Assembly: GCA_032718475.1 (NCBI GenBank)
Contig: JAUCBJ010006878.1
Location: 1 to 48,843 of the forward strand
DNA from: Nemertoderma westbladi
Taxonomy: Eukaryota; Animalia; Xenacoelomorpha
Length of the DNA stretch: 48,843 nt
Reading direction: 5' to 3'
The position numbers and the translations under genes are program-made. This document shows positions 12,275 to 21,738 of this stretch, one piece after another. The first letter of the stretch is position 1; each line of letters begins with the position of its first letter. The notes beneath the pieces were generated by a model, which was not told the DNA's origin, ran no database searches, and saw nothing but the letters and a program-made list of their open reading frames with translations.

Positions 12275-12911
12275 AGAAAATGGGATTTGAGTCTATGAAA
12301 TATACAAAATCACAGTTTCTCAAATACGAAAATACTCTAAACAGTTAGTCTTTCATGCGCGGACGGCATTTACGCAGTTTTTTAAAGCTAGCCAGAGTCT
12401 TTTTCTCTTTGGGGCGAGCCACTTTACAAGGAGGGCTATAACTCCTGGGTGAAGGGTGCAACATGATTGCATCAGAGGGTATATGATTATGGTCGGTGTA
12501 TCCGCCAGTCGAAGTGCCGAGTTGATTGACATCAACGTCGGGGGAGAGGGGTCTAACGGCTTTGAGAGCTCGTTTCAAGACAGCCGCTCTTACGGGTCCT
12601 TTACGAGTGGTCTGAACGAGGGCCGTGGGTGGACCATAGGCAGTTAAATATAAATAATAAATAAATAATAATTCTTTTATTCATTCTCGATAGTTATAAG
12701 CACCAATCGAGGCAGTTTGTCTCAGGCGACAACTGATAATTGAATAAGCGTTAAAAGACCACATGCATATAATGCATGAGCTGTACAGTAGAGGACATAC
12801 AGTATTGTAACAACTTAATTTAAATTTAGATACACAATTTATTTAGATACCCACAATCCAATCATTGCCCCCCCCCCCCCCCCCCCCACAACAAAAACTT
12901 AAATAAATATT

Positions 12912-15900
12912 TTAGGTGACTTCCTCCCGGTGGTAGCGAGATAGAAAATGGGATTTTAATTTGTTTTTGAATTCTGTCGGTTTGTTATAACATTTTTTGA
13001 TAGGTAAAGGTAACATATTCCACATTTTCGTTAGTTGTACTATCATACTGTTGTGGCCATAGATATTGGTTGTTTTCGGCAGTCTTAGTTGAATAGTGCG
13101 TTTATTTAGATGGATATGTGTATTTGATATAAATGGTAATTCAAGGATTTTGTATGGTTCTAACAGGTGAAATAGGTATTTGTAATAATATATTAGCCCA
13201 AAATATTCCCGATATGCTGTTAGAATTGGAATTTTAGCTTTTGATCTTAGTTCAGTGCCGGTACAGTCCCTGGTTTTTTTGTTAAATATTGAGCGAAGTG
13301 CGAAGTTTTGCATCTTTTCTAGCTTATATAGTAGTTCTTTGTATCCGTATTTATTGTGTAGGGAAACCAGAAGTTGGCTACAGTAGTGATGGTGCGGTAG
13401 AACTATTGTTTTATATATGTTAATTTTGGTTTGTATCGGTAATTGTCCTTTAATTTTCCGTAAACATGATATACTTAGTGACATTTTTCGTACTACAGAG
13501 TCTATTTGTTCTTTCCAGGTCAGTTTGTTGTCTATATGTACTCCTAGGTATTTTACACTTTGTGATTGGTTAATATGAATGTCATGGGATAACGTAAGTT
13601 TAGAATCGTCAATATTGCTGCGGTCAGTTTTTGGGGATAATAGTATGAATTCAGTTTTTTCAGGATTTAATTTTAGTTTCTTCTTACCGAAAATGTCAGA
13701 TATTTTATTAATTGTTAGTGTTAGTTTGTCAGTTGCTTCAGTGGGATCGTGAGACGAAATATAGATTGCTGTGTCGTCTGCATATTGGACAGTATTGGCA
13801 GAGTCAGATATTAGTTCTGGTATTTCGTTTGTATATAGTGAGAATAAAAGCGGTCCAATAAGTGTTCCTTGTGGTACCCCCCGTTGCTCCTTCAGAAAAG
13901 ACGATAATTGTGACCCAACCCTAACCCTCTGGAATCTGTCAGTTAAATAACTTTTAATTAATTTGCAAGCTGTTGTGTGGAACCCCAAATTTGATAAGAC
14001 ATTTATGAGCTGTGAATGATCGAGAGAATTAAAGGCCTTACTAAGGTCGAGAAACGCTACTGCCACATATTTTTGTTTATCTAATTGTTCACGCCATCGT
14101 TCGGTCGCATACGTAACAGCGTCAATTGTAGAAAATTTCTTACGAAATCCGAACTGAAAAGCAGTGCGTAATTTGTGTTTGTAAAGATAGCATTCAATTT
14201 GGCTTACAAGTACCTTTTCTATTATTTTTGAAATTGGATGTGTGATGCTTAAAGGGCGATAGTTTTGTGGGTCATCATCGTCTCCCTTTTTAAATACGGG
14301 CGTTATGGTTGAGAGCTTTAATGTGTCTGGGAAAATGGAACGTGTAATACAGTCATTTATAATATGAGTTAGAGGTGATAAGATCATAGGGCGAATCTGT
14401 TTCAATATTCTTATAGGGATTTTAGAGTGGCCGCATGGTTTGTTTTCGTTCAAATTTTGTATAATTTTATCTAGGTCAAAAATATTAATAGAAGAAAAAC
14501 AAAAAGCGTTGTTGTTTGGAGAAATTTGAATTGTGTTTGGAATCGGTAGTGACTTACTTGTAATATTAAGATCTGAAAATTTACCAATATCAATATATAT
14601 TTCATTTAAAATGTTCGATATTTCTTTTTTATCAAATATACTTTTCCCACCATAGCTTATTTCCGAAACAGATTTACTATTTTTATTTTTATTTAAAACC
14701 TCATTTATCACCTTCCAACGTCCCTGAGTTGTGTTTTGAGTTAAGAATTTATTTTTTACGTATGCATTTTTTAAATTTTTGTTTAAATTATTGTACAAAT
14801 TTCGCGTTTTCTTGAAGGAATTAAAATCAGCAATATCTTTAGAAGAGCGCCAAATGTTTAATTTTTCATACTTTAATTTTCTTAAATTTCCGAGTTCTGT
14901 TGTGTGCCATTTCTGTGTGGCTCCTAAGTATTTTTGTGGCATTTTTAGTTTTCGTTTTAGAGGTGCATGTCTGTCAATAATTTTTTCGATTTCAGATTCA
15001 AAATAAGACAGCTTTTTATTTACATCAGATTCGTAATAAAGTGGGATCCAATTAATATTAGCAATTTCGTGACGAAATATATTTTGATTGAAATTTGAAA
15101 AGTCCCGGTATTCAATCCACTCATTTGTTTCATTGGCTGATTTTGGGATATTATGTGCAATATTAGTTAAGGTATATTCATGGTCAGAATAATGACAAAA
15201 AAATACTAAGCTTTCAATTACAGTAGAAGAAGGAATATTAGTTATAACTAGATCAATTAATGTGTTAGTACATTTTGTATATCTCGTTGGTTTGGTAGTA
15301 TTTAGTATACGTAGGTCGTGCGCAGTTGTCATACCTCGCAGTTTTGTTGTCTGGCTACTATTAGTGTTTAATAAATTGATGTTAAAGTCCCCTTGAATGA
15401 GAAAGTTACAGTTTGGTTCAAGTAGCATGGCATTGTCAATTTCTTGTTCAATATCATCAATAAAGTGTGGGTTGGCACGGGGTGGATTATATACTGTACA
15501 TACCAATATATTATCGATCTGAACCCATAAACTCTCTAGTTTATCATTGTCCTTAATGTCCTTGTTACGTATTTTCGCTTTATAGCCATCCGGAATGTAA
15601 ATTAGAACACCACCACCCCTCTTACGTTTACGGTCTAGACGAAAGTGTGTGAAACCTTTCATTTTTATGGACTCACAAGAGGTATTTCGCTTTAGCCAAG
15701 TTTCAGTTACTGACACAATAACATTTCGCGAACCCAACAAGACTTCTTTCAGCTCGTCGAAATTTTTGTTTAGACTTCTAGCATTTATATGAATAAATTT
15801 CAGTTTGTCTGTGTCTTTTGCAATATAGTCCTTAATGTCAGTAAATGAATTTTTTACTTTAGCATTTGTGGATGTAAAGTAGTAATGTTGTGAATTGTTA

Positions 15901-16994
15901 CTTGTGGTTGGATGTTTGCGACATTTACGTCCTGGACCTGGGTTAGGGTGTATGTTGCCAGAAATTTTTAGTAACAAGTTGATAGTAACGGCGAGAATGA
16001 TAGTTATATCAAGTACGAATGTGTGGTATATTTGTATGCAGTACTTAAGTGTCAAATATGTTAATATAACTAATTGTGTGATGCTTAATTTCCTATTGGC
16101 AATTAATTTCTTCGAATAGTTTAAGTGAGTAATATCTTTGTTATTTATAGTGTACATATATTGACAATTATGTGGTAGAATGACAGTTAAATATAAAAGT
16201 GAAACAAATAAGTGACAATGTGACTGTTTATTATTTAGTGTTGCTGCTATTTCTTTAGAATGCCGAAAAAAACAGTTAGTTGTGAGCTGTACAATTTGAT
16301 AAAACAAAAATAAGAGAGAATAGTGGTGGGTGAGCCACCACGGAGAGGAGGTCACACGAAAATGGAAGACCGAAACTACAAGGAAGATGCAACCCAATAA
16401 ATTTATGATATAACTCTTACGTAGATATGAATGAAATTTCCATTTGTTATTTTTTGAAAAGGGATTGGAATGTGAATATCTATGCACATGAGAAATATAT
16501 CGACCAACAGTAATAATAGAGGTAAATGTTGGATATAATAGGGTAAGTGCATAAAACACGGCGCATACTGTAAGTAGCATACAGTGATATATAATGAAAA
16601 ATTGTATGGATATAAGTTTTGCAATGATTTTGTACTTTGACAGTGCCAATATAGACAGTAAGCTAAAAGGGATAACCCAAATTAGAGGATTACATAGCAC
16701 TAAATCGGTTAAGGTTAAGAGTTTGACAGTGCAATAAAATGTGTATATCTTACTCCAACCAAACACCAATAATTCCAGTAAAATATCAATTGCACAGGCT
16801 AGACCTGAGTATTCATATTCATTTAGTGCTGAAAAATTTACCGCCGTAGTTGGGAGATCATTGCAAATATATACATAAGACAACTTACAATTTTTTAAAT
16901 ATTCATTGGTTGATGTGCAAGGTACAATTAAACATAGTAATATGAAAATAAACACAAATATAATATATTTATTTAAAATACAATCAATAGACAT
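12912..16994 (-). CDS. LINE ORF2: hydrophobic leader + 2A-like motif + APE + RT (1360 aa)
   Basis: LLLKISGNIHPNPGP; HINARSL, VTETW, YNPP, GDFN, SDH; NYRPLS, QFGFR, LDLSKAF, GVPQG, YADDT, YLG. Confidence 0.95.
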   Translation of the reverse strand: MSIDCILNKYIIFVFIFILLCLIVPCTSTNEYLKNCKLSYVYICNDLPTTAVNFSALNEYEYSGLACAIDILLELLVFGWSKIYTFYCTVKLLTLTDLVLCNPLIWVIPFSLLSILALSKYKIIAKLISIQFFIIYHCMLLTVCAVFYALTLLYPTFTSIITVGRYISHVHRYSHSNPFSKNNKWKFHSYLRKSYIINLLGCIFLVVSVFHFRVTSSPWWLTHHYSLLFLFYQIVQLTTNCFFRHSKEIAATLNNKQSHCHLFVSLLYLTVILPHNCQYMYTINNKDITHLNYSKKLIANRKLSITQLVILTYLTLKYCIQIYHTFVLDITIILAVTINLLLKISGNIHPNPGPGRKCRKHPTTSNNSQHYYFTSTNAKVKNSFTDIKDYIAKDTDKLKFIHINARSLNKNFDELKEVLLGSRNVIVSVTETWLKRNTSCESIKMKGFTHFRLDRKRKRGGGVLIYIPDGYKAKIRNKDIKDNDKLESLWVQIDNILVCTVYNPPRANPHFIDDIEQEIDNAMLLEPNCNFLIQGDFNINLLNTNSSQTTKLRGMTTAHDLRILNTTKPTRYTKCTNTLIDLVITNIPSSTVIESLVFFCHYSDHEYTLTNIAHNIPKSANETNEWIEYRDFSNFNQNIFRHEIANINWIPLYYESDVNKKLSYFESEIEKIIDRHAPLKRKLKMPQKYLGATQKWHTTELGNLRKLKYEKLNIWRSSKDIADFNSFKKTRNLYNNLNKNLKNAYVKNKFLTQNTTQGRWKVINEVLNKNKNSKSVSEISYGGKSIFDKKEISNILNEIYIDIGKFSDLNITSKSLPIPNTIQISPNNNAFCFSSINIFDLDKIIQNLNENKPCGHSKIPIRILKQIRPMILSPLTHIINDCITRSIFPDTLKLSTITPVFKKGDDDDPQNYRPLSITHPISKIIEKVLVSQIECYLYKHKLRTAFQFGFRKKFSTIDAVTYATERWREQLDKQKYVAVAFLDLSKAFNSLDHSQLINVLSNLGFHTTACKLIKSYLTDRFQRVRVGSQLSSFLKEQRGVPQGTLIGPLLFSLYTNEIPELISDSANTVQYADDTAIYISSHDPTEATDKLTLTINKISDIFGKKKLKLNPEKTEFILLSPKTDRSNIDDSKLTLSHDIHINQSQSVKYLGVHIDNKLTWKEQIDSVVRKMSLSISCLRKIKGQLPIQTKINIYKTIVLPHHHYCSQLLVSLHNKYGYKELLYKLEKMQNFALRSIFNKKTRDCTGTELRSKAKIPILTAYREYFGLIYYYKYLFHLLEPYKILELPFISNTHIHLNKRTIQLRLPKTTNIYGHNSMIVQLTKMWNMLPLPIKKCYNKPTEFKNKLKSHFLSRYHREEVT

Positions 16995-17093
16995 ATTTAT
17001 TATTATTTAACCTTTAAAATCATTAAAATTATATTCTGTATTTTTATTGAAGTAAATGTAGAATATAAATGTTAAAAAATATAGAGAATCACC

Positions 17094-19013
17094 TTAGTGC
17101 GATTTGGACTGCAGTGCATGTGACACCATACGTCCTATTATACCTGCAAGTTCCGTGGCGATATTATCTGGATTTTGTTGCGTTGGTCGGGGTGTGTTTC
17201 CATTGGATAATGGTGGCGGTAGCTGACTTGTCCGGGTTAGCGGTAGCCTACTCGGGTGGGTGTATGGATGATACTGAGATCGAGGGTTGTTAGAACCGTG
17301 AGATTGGAATGTTGGGCGATGTCCAGAAGGTCCGTGGTTGATAGAAGCCTGTCGCATTCGGCCACCAGCTGATGGGCCATTTACAAAGGATGATGGTCTC
17401 GACATCCAGCTGTCAGCAAGACGCCTGTTTGCTGACGCGCTGTCAGCCAAGGGCCCCGATCGCTGGCTACCACGTACAACGTCGGAGAACTTCCTCGGGT
17501 CGGGATTTTGTAGAGATGTTTTAAGTAACAGGGTTAATATTTGTTGACCCTGTCGAGATAAATGAACCCCATCCTTAGCGAACGCTTGTTTTAGGATAGT
17601 CTTATCAACCGTGAAGGAACTCCATGTGGAGATTGTAATTATATCGCATTCCGAACAGATTTCACGCAGAATGGTGTTCCTCTGCATAATGGAGGCCAAC
17701 TGGGCCGGATTTGTTACAGGAGGTATATCACATATATACATGTTCGTGGGAGAAAACACCGAACGACAGATCTTAATAGTTTCATATACATTTTCCCGGA
17801 AAGTTGCTAATGGAACCTTTAAATCATTGGTGCCAATTCCTAGCACGATATTTTTTAGCACTTCTCTGCTATATCTAGAAATTAAATTTGGTGCATCGGT
17901 GAAAGAAAGACCAGGGTACGAGTGTATTTGCGTTGTACGATCAATGTTTCGTGGGTCTACATAGTTAAATATAGATGAACCGATAATCAAAGTAGATGTG
18001 AAATTATTTCGACGCCTTGGTATGAATCCGACATTATATTCATTCGAAATCAGGCAGTCCTCGTTTGTATCGGAAACTTTCGAACCCAGCAGTGTAGGAT
18101 GATCGTTTGTATCGTTAGTATCGGAAACTTTCGAACCCAGTAGTGTAGGACGTTCAGTAGGCTTACCTGTAATCGGTATGTCATAATTTTCCGCTAGGTT
18201 TACCAAAACTACATCGACAGAATTATCGCCCACAACTTTGCTCTGGGTTGGAAGTCGTTGAGAAACGTTTGAGTCGTTCGTGGTGTAATTAATTACGTCT
18301 TGGGGATCGGATTCCTTGGCTGCGAATCTCGTTTCGTTGTCACTGCTATCGACTGATATCTGTACCGGTACCGGTATGTCTATATCAGATTGTTCTATAT
18401 TTACGTGGCTATAACCAGGATGGTCCTTCATTATACAGACTGTATTATTAGCAGCTAATATCGGATCAAGGTACTGGTCATCTATTTGTTGTTTACATTG
18501 TAGTATTAATTCTCTATCTTTTTCACGTTCCACTTTTAGCTGTTTGACTTGGTGTTCAAGATCTTTTAGTCTCTCTAAAATGGAACTGAGAGAAATTTTA
18601 TCATGGGTCATTGAGTTATCGCTGATAGGCCTACTGTTACTATTGTTGCTACCGGTAGCAGATTCCGGGTGGGTAATAATACTGTTATAACCATCCTCTG
18701 TATCCATGTCAACGCCAACACCAATATGGCAACGTGTAGTATGGATAACTGGATCTTCAGTTAAGTCTGACAAAGACCTAGTGTAATCATATAACGTAGA
18801 ATTATGTGTATCGGTCAGAAACGAACCTACATCAAGTGTGTCTACATTGGCTGCATCAGGCTGTAGGCCTAAAGGTCGTTCTAATTCTATGTTATTGTCC
18901 TCGATCCTCCTTAGTAATACTGTTCGACCGCCCGTGGTTGACAGGTTGTGTTGTATTAACAATTCTTTAAGCTCCGTTATACTCAGCTTCCGGATATCTC
19001 CACCGATATTCAT
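17094..19013 (-). CDS. LINE ORF1: SAP-like domain, coiled coil, SGNH/GDSL esterase (639 aa)
   Basis: LSITELKELLIQHNLSTTGGRTVLLRRI; LIIGSSI, SYPG, GIGTND, DGVHL. Confidence 0.85.
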   Translation of the reverse strand: MNIGGDIRKLSITELKELLIQHNLSTTGGRTVLLRRIEDNNIELERPLGLQPDAANVDTLDVGSFLTDTHNSTLYDYTRSLSDLTEDPVIHTTRCHIGVGVDMDTEDGYNSIITHPESATGSNNSNSRPISDNSMTHDKISLSSILERLKDLEHQVKQLKVEREKDRELILQCKQQIDDQYLDPILAANNTVCIMKDHPGYSHVNIEQSDIDIPVPVQISVDSSDNETRFAAKESDPQDVINYTTNDSNVSQRLPTQSKVVGDNSVDVVLVNLAENYDIPITGKPTERPTLLGSKVSDTNDTNDHPTLLGSKVSDTNEDCLISNEYNVGFIPRRRNNFTSTLIIGSSIFNYVDPRNIDRTTQIHSYPGLSFTDAPNLISRYSREVLKNIVLGIGTNDLKVPLATFRENVYETIKICRSVFSPTNMYICDIPPVTNPAQLASIMQRNTILREICSECDIITISTWSSFTVDKTILKQAFAKDGVHLSRQGQQILTLLLKTSLQNPDPRKFSDVVRGSQRSGPLADSASANRRLADSWMSRPSSFVNGPSAGGRMRQASINHGPSGHRPTFQSHGSNNPRSQYHPYTHPSRLPLTRTSQLPPPLSNGNTPRPTQQNPDNIATELAGIIGRMVSHALQSKSH

Positions 19014-19130
19014 TTATAACTATGGAAAATATATGCAAGTTCAGTTTATATATCAGTATTTCAATTTTTTTTCAGAGTACCGGTAGCATGCAGTCAGTCC
19101 GTACCGTTATTCAGTACAGCAGTATTATGA

Positions 19131-20121
19131 TTATACACTTCCTTGGTTTAATGGTTCTTTCCAACTAGCGTTCGCGGGCTCGGTACTCGTAAGGCCGTCG
19201 ATATACTTCCTGTAACTCGATATGCGTGATTTCTGTTCGACAGAAGCGAATAGATAAGGATGGAACGCATAAATTCCTTCGTAAGCGCGTCCAGGATAAT
19301 AGCGATGGCGCGAATCACGATGTAAATCAGCGTTCGCTTCCCAAGCTCTAATGTAACGTAGTGTGATCATTTCATCTACGCTTTCCAAATCGCGATTAAA
19401 AGGGCAATCGAAACTGGCGTGTCCCTTTAGTGGACAGTGGTGACATTGAGTCATAAATTGAGGGCAAACCGCAAAAATATGCAAATTATTAAATCTGCAA
19501 TACGCTCAATAAATTTCCATCGCCGGTTGTTCGTGGAAATAGGAACAGCGGACGTTTGTGTCCATGGGCGTAACATGGTCTCTCGATGCGCATAACCGAC
19601 AACGTTGCCGAGAAACATAGTTGGCATGGCGATAATCGTACGCAGTGAGACACTGTGGACCTTGATACCATTCTAGGATGTAATCGTTGTCGCTGTTCCG
19701 AGCGCGATAGGCTGAATCTCCTCAGATTCTAGGCATATTGGTTCGTCTTCCCAGTCTGTTACGAATAGAATTTTCGTGATCTAGTCTCGGTTTATCGTTA
19801 CGACTCCGCTGGGTATGATATTTAAATAGAACCATTTCCCTTTAGGGTGTCTACATCGTCCGTATCATGTAAATCAATAGGATGGCCGGTAGTTAAGAAG
19901 TCCATATACGTACCATTACGATGCGTATAGCGAGCGGTTAATTTTCGATAGTCCAATTCACGCGTAAGTTGCTCTTGGGACATCGGCGGTTCGATATAAC
20001 GACCATCGTCCTCCGTAATAGTCGGATCGGCTTCACCGCGTATCAAGCTATCCACAAACGCTTGTAAAGGTAGAGTATATCGCTCTCTAATAACAAGGTC
20101 ATCTTCTATTAATTCCGTCAT
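19131..20121 (-). pseudogene. Decayed accessory ORF with Cys/His knuckles in the 3' region of element B
   Basis: One frameshift (~19840) and two TGA codons (~19723, 19506-19508) join the fragments; CRLCASRDH, *AYCRFNNLHIFAVCP, CHHCPLKGHASFDCP. Confidence 0.55.
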
Positions 20122-20931
20122 ATCTGCTATCTGAGTTTATTAATATTAGTATGAGTCAATATTTAGGCAAGCGGGCGTCGCTGCCTACTAGTCTTTGACC
20201 CCGGACAGTGGGTTTCTCAGCGCCGATGTACCGTTGTCGCGGTGTTTGCGCCAACATGTAGCAACAGCACGACAACGATAATCGACACAAGTCCCACCAC
20301 TGTCCGTCCCAAAGGCTTGAATTCACTTGAGGTTATCTCGGTAGAGTTAGGCTACTTTACAATTGCGATTAGCTACTGTAAACACACTTTAGTAGTATCA
20401 TTCACCTATAAACGCACAAATTCCATACAATCATTACTTACTGCACACATGCATGCCATTTGTCCGTTAGTCAGTGTCTTCCAGAATGTCACGTTATTAC
20501 TATGTATCCTTGGATACTAATAGTGCGCTATGTATTCTCTTATGCTACGCAATGGGGCAAGCCTTTATTGTTCCTTTAACTTGCTTCTAATTCCAGCGTG
20601 GGTGTTGCCATGGTGACATTATGGAAAACTAGCGGTAGAATTAGGGTAATTCTCATGCATACAGATCTGGGATGTTATTTAATAGTAATTCTTTAATTGT
20701 CAATATCCTCTTTATGCATGATTTTATAAATTTTATCGGCTATTGACTATATGTTGGAGATTCTCACACTCTAATACACTCAATATGAATCTCCGCTCCC
20801 ATGATCTATTAATTACTGGAATTTTGGGAATGTTATAAATTGCACAAAATGACAATTTATGAAATTCATTTGAATATGAATTTAAATTTATTCCCGTGAA
20901 TTTTATTATTTGATGTTAAATTGACACAAAT

Positions 20932-21221
20932 TTTATTCCAGAGCATATCTGGGGACTTAGGATCCTTAATTCTATAAAATAGTCCTTCTAAGAATATCGG
21001 TAAATACTGCGATATCTTAATTGACTAGAAATTTTAAAGGATCGGGATTTTACAGATTTTAATAAATATTAAATTAATATTTAGGATGGGCACCGATTTA
21101 TTCCAGAACTTGTCTGGGGACATTAACCACTGATTCTAGAATTTGTCTTTCAAGTATATCGGTGGGTGCCACGATATCTTAATCGACTAGAATTACAGAA
21201 GGTCAAAAGTTTAACAGATTT
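20932..21221. repeat. Diverged direct duplication, ~165-bp period
   Basis: TTTATTCCAGA..TCTGGGGAC..TATCGGT..GATATCTTAA..GACTAGAA..ACAGATTT occurs twice. Confidence 0.7.
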
Positions 21222-21738
21222 ATTTGCGATTTACGCTACTGTTAGAGGGACATCACGCTACTATATGTATTATTTGTTATAAGGTAGAAGAGCAATATCG
21301 CACGAAGCAATGTCAGTGTGAAGAGGCAAGTCGTTTCCAAGGTCTACCCAGAGCTTGGTTTAGCCGAGACACGAGGATCTGAACTTTGCATTCCTAATAC
21401 TCTGCCTACCAATAATACTTAAATATAGTAGTGGCTTTATTGTACTTTAAGAAGTACTGACATGTCATCTTACTATAGTCTCGCATTTATAATATAATAC
21501 GGACAGTAAGGAAAGAGAAAAATAATTATTTCTTGCCGTCGCACTAAATATATTATAAGTAATTAAGTACGTAATAAACGCTAATATATTGCACTAATCT
21601 ACTAAATATTCTAAAATAACATTCCACTAAATAAAATTAAATAAAACGATTATAATAAAATTACATAATAATACATACATAAATATAAAATAAAAACAAA
21701 TATAAAATGATATAGCCACACGCCCACTCCACATGCTA

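Larger units (their letters stand above)
12645..19118 (-). mobile_element. Full-length CR1/L2-group LINE inserted in element B
   Basis: (TTA/TTTA)n tail at 12645-12672, two intact ORFs, possible TSD GCAGT (12640-12644, 19119-19123). Confidence 0.85.
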
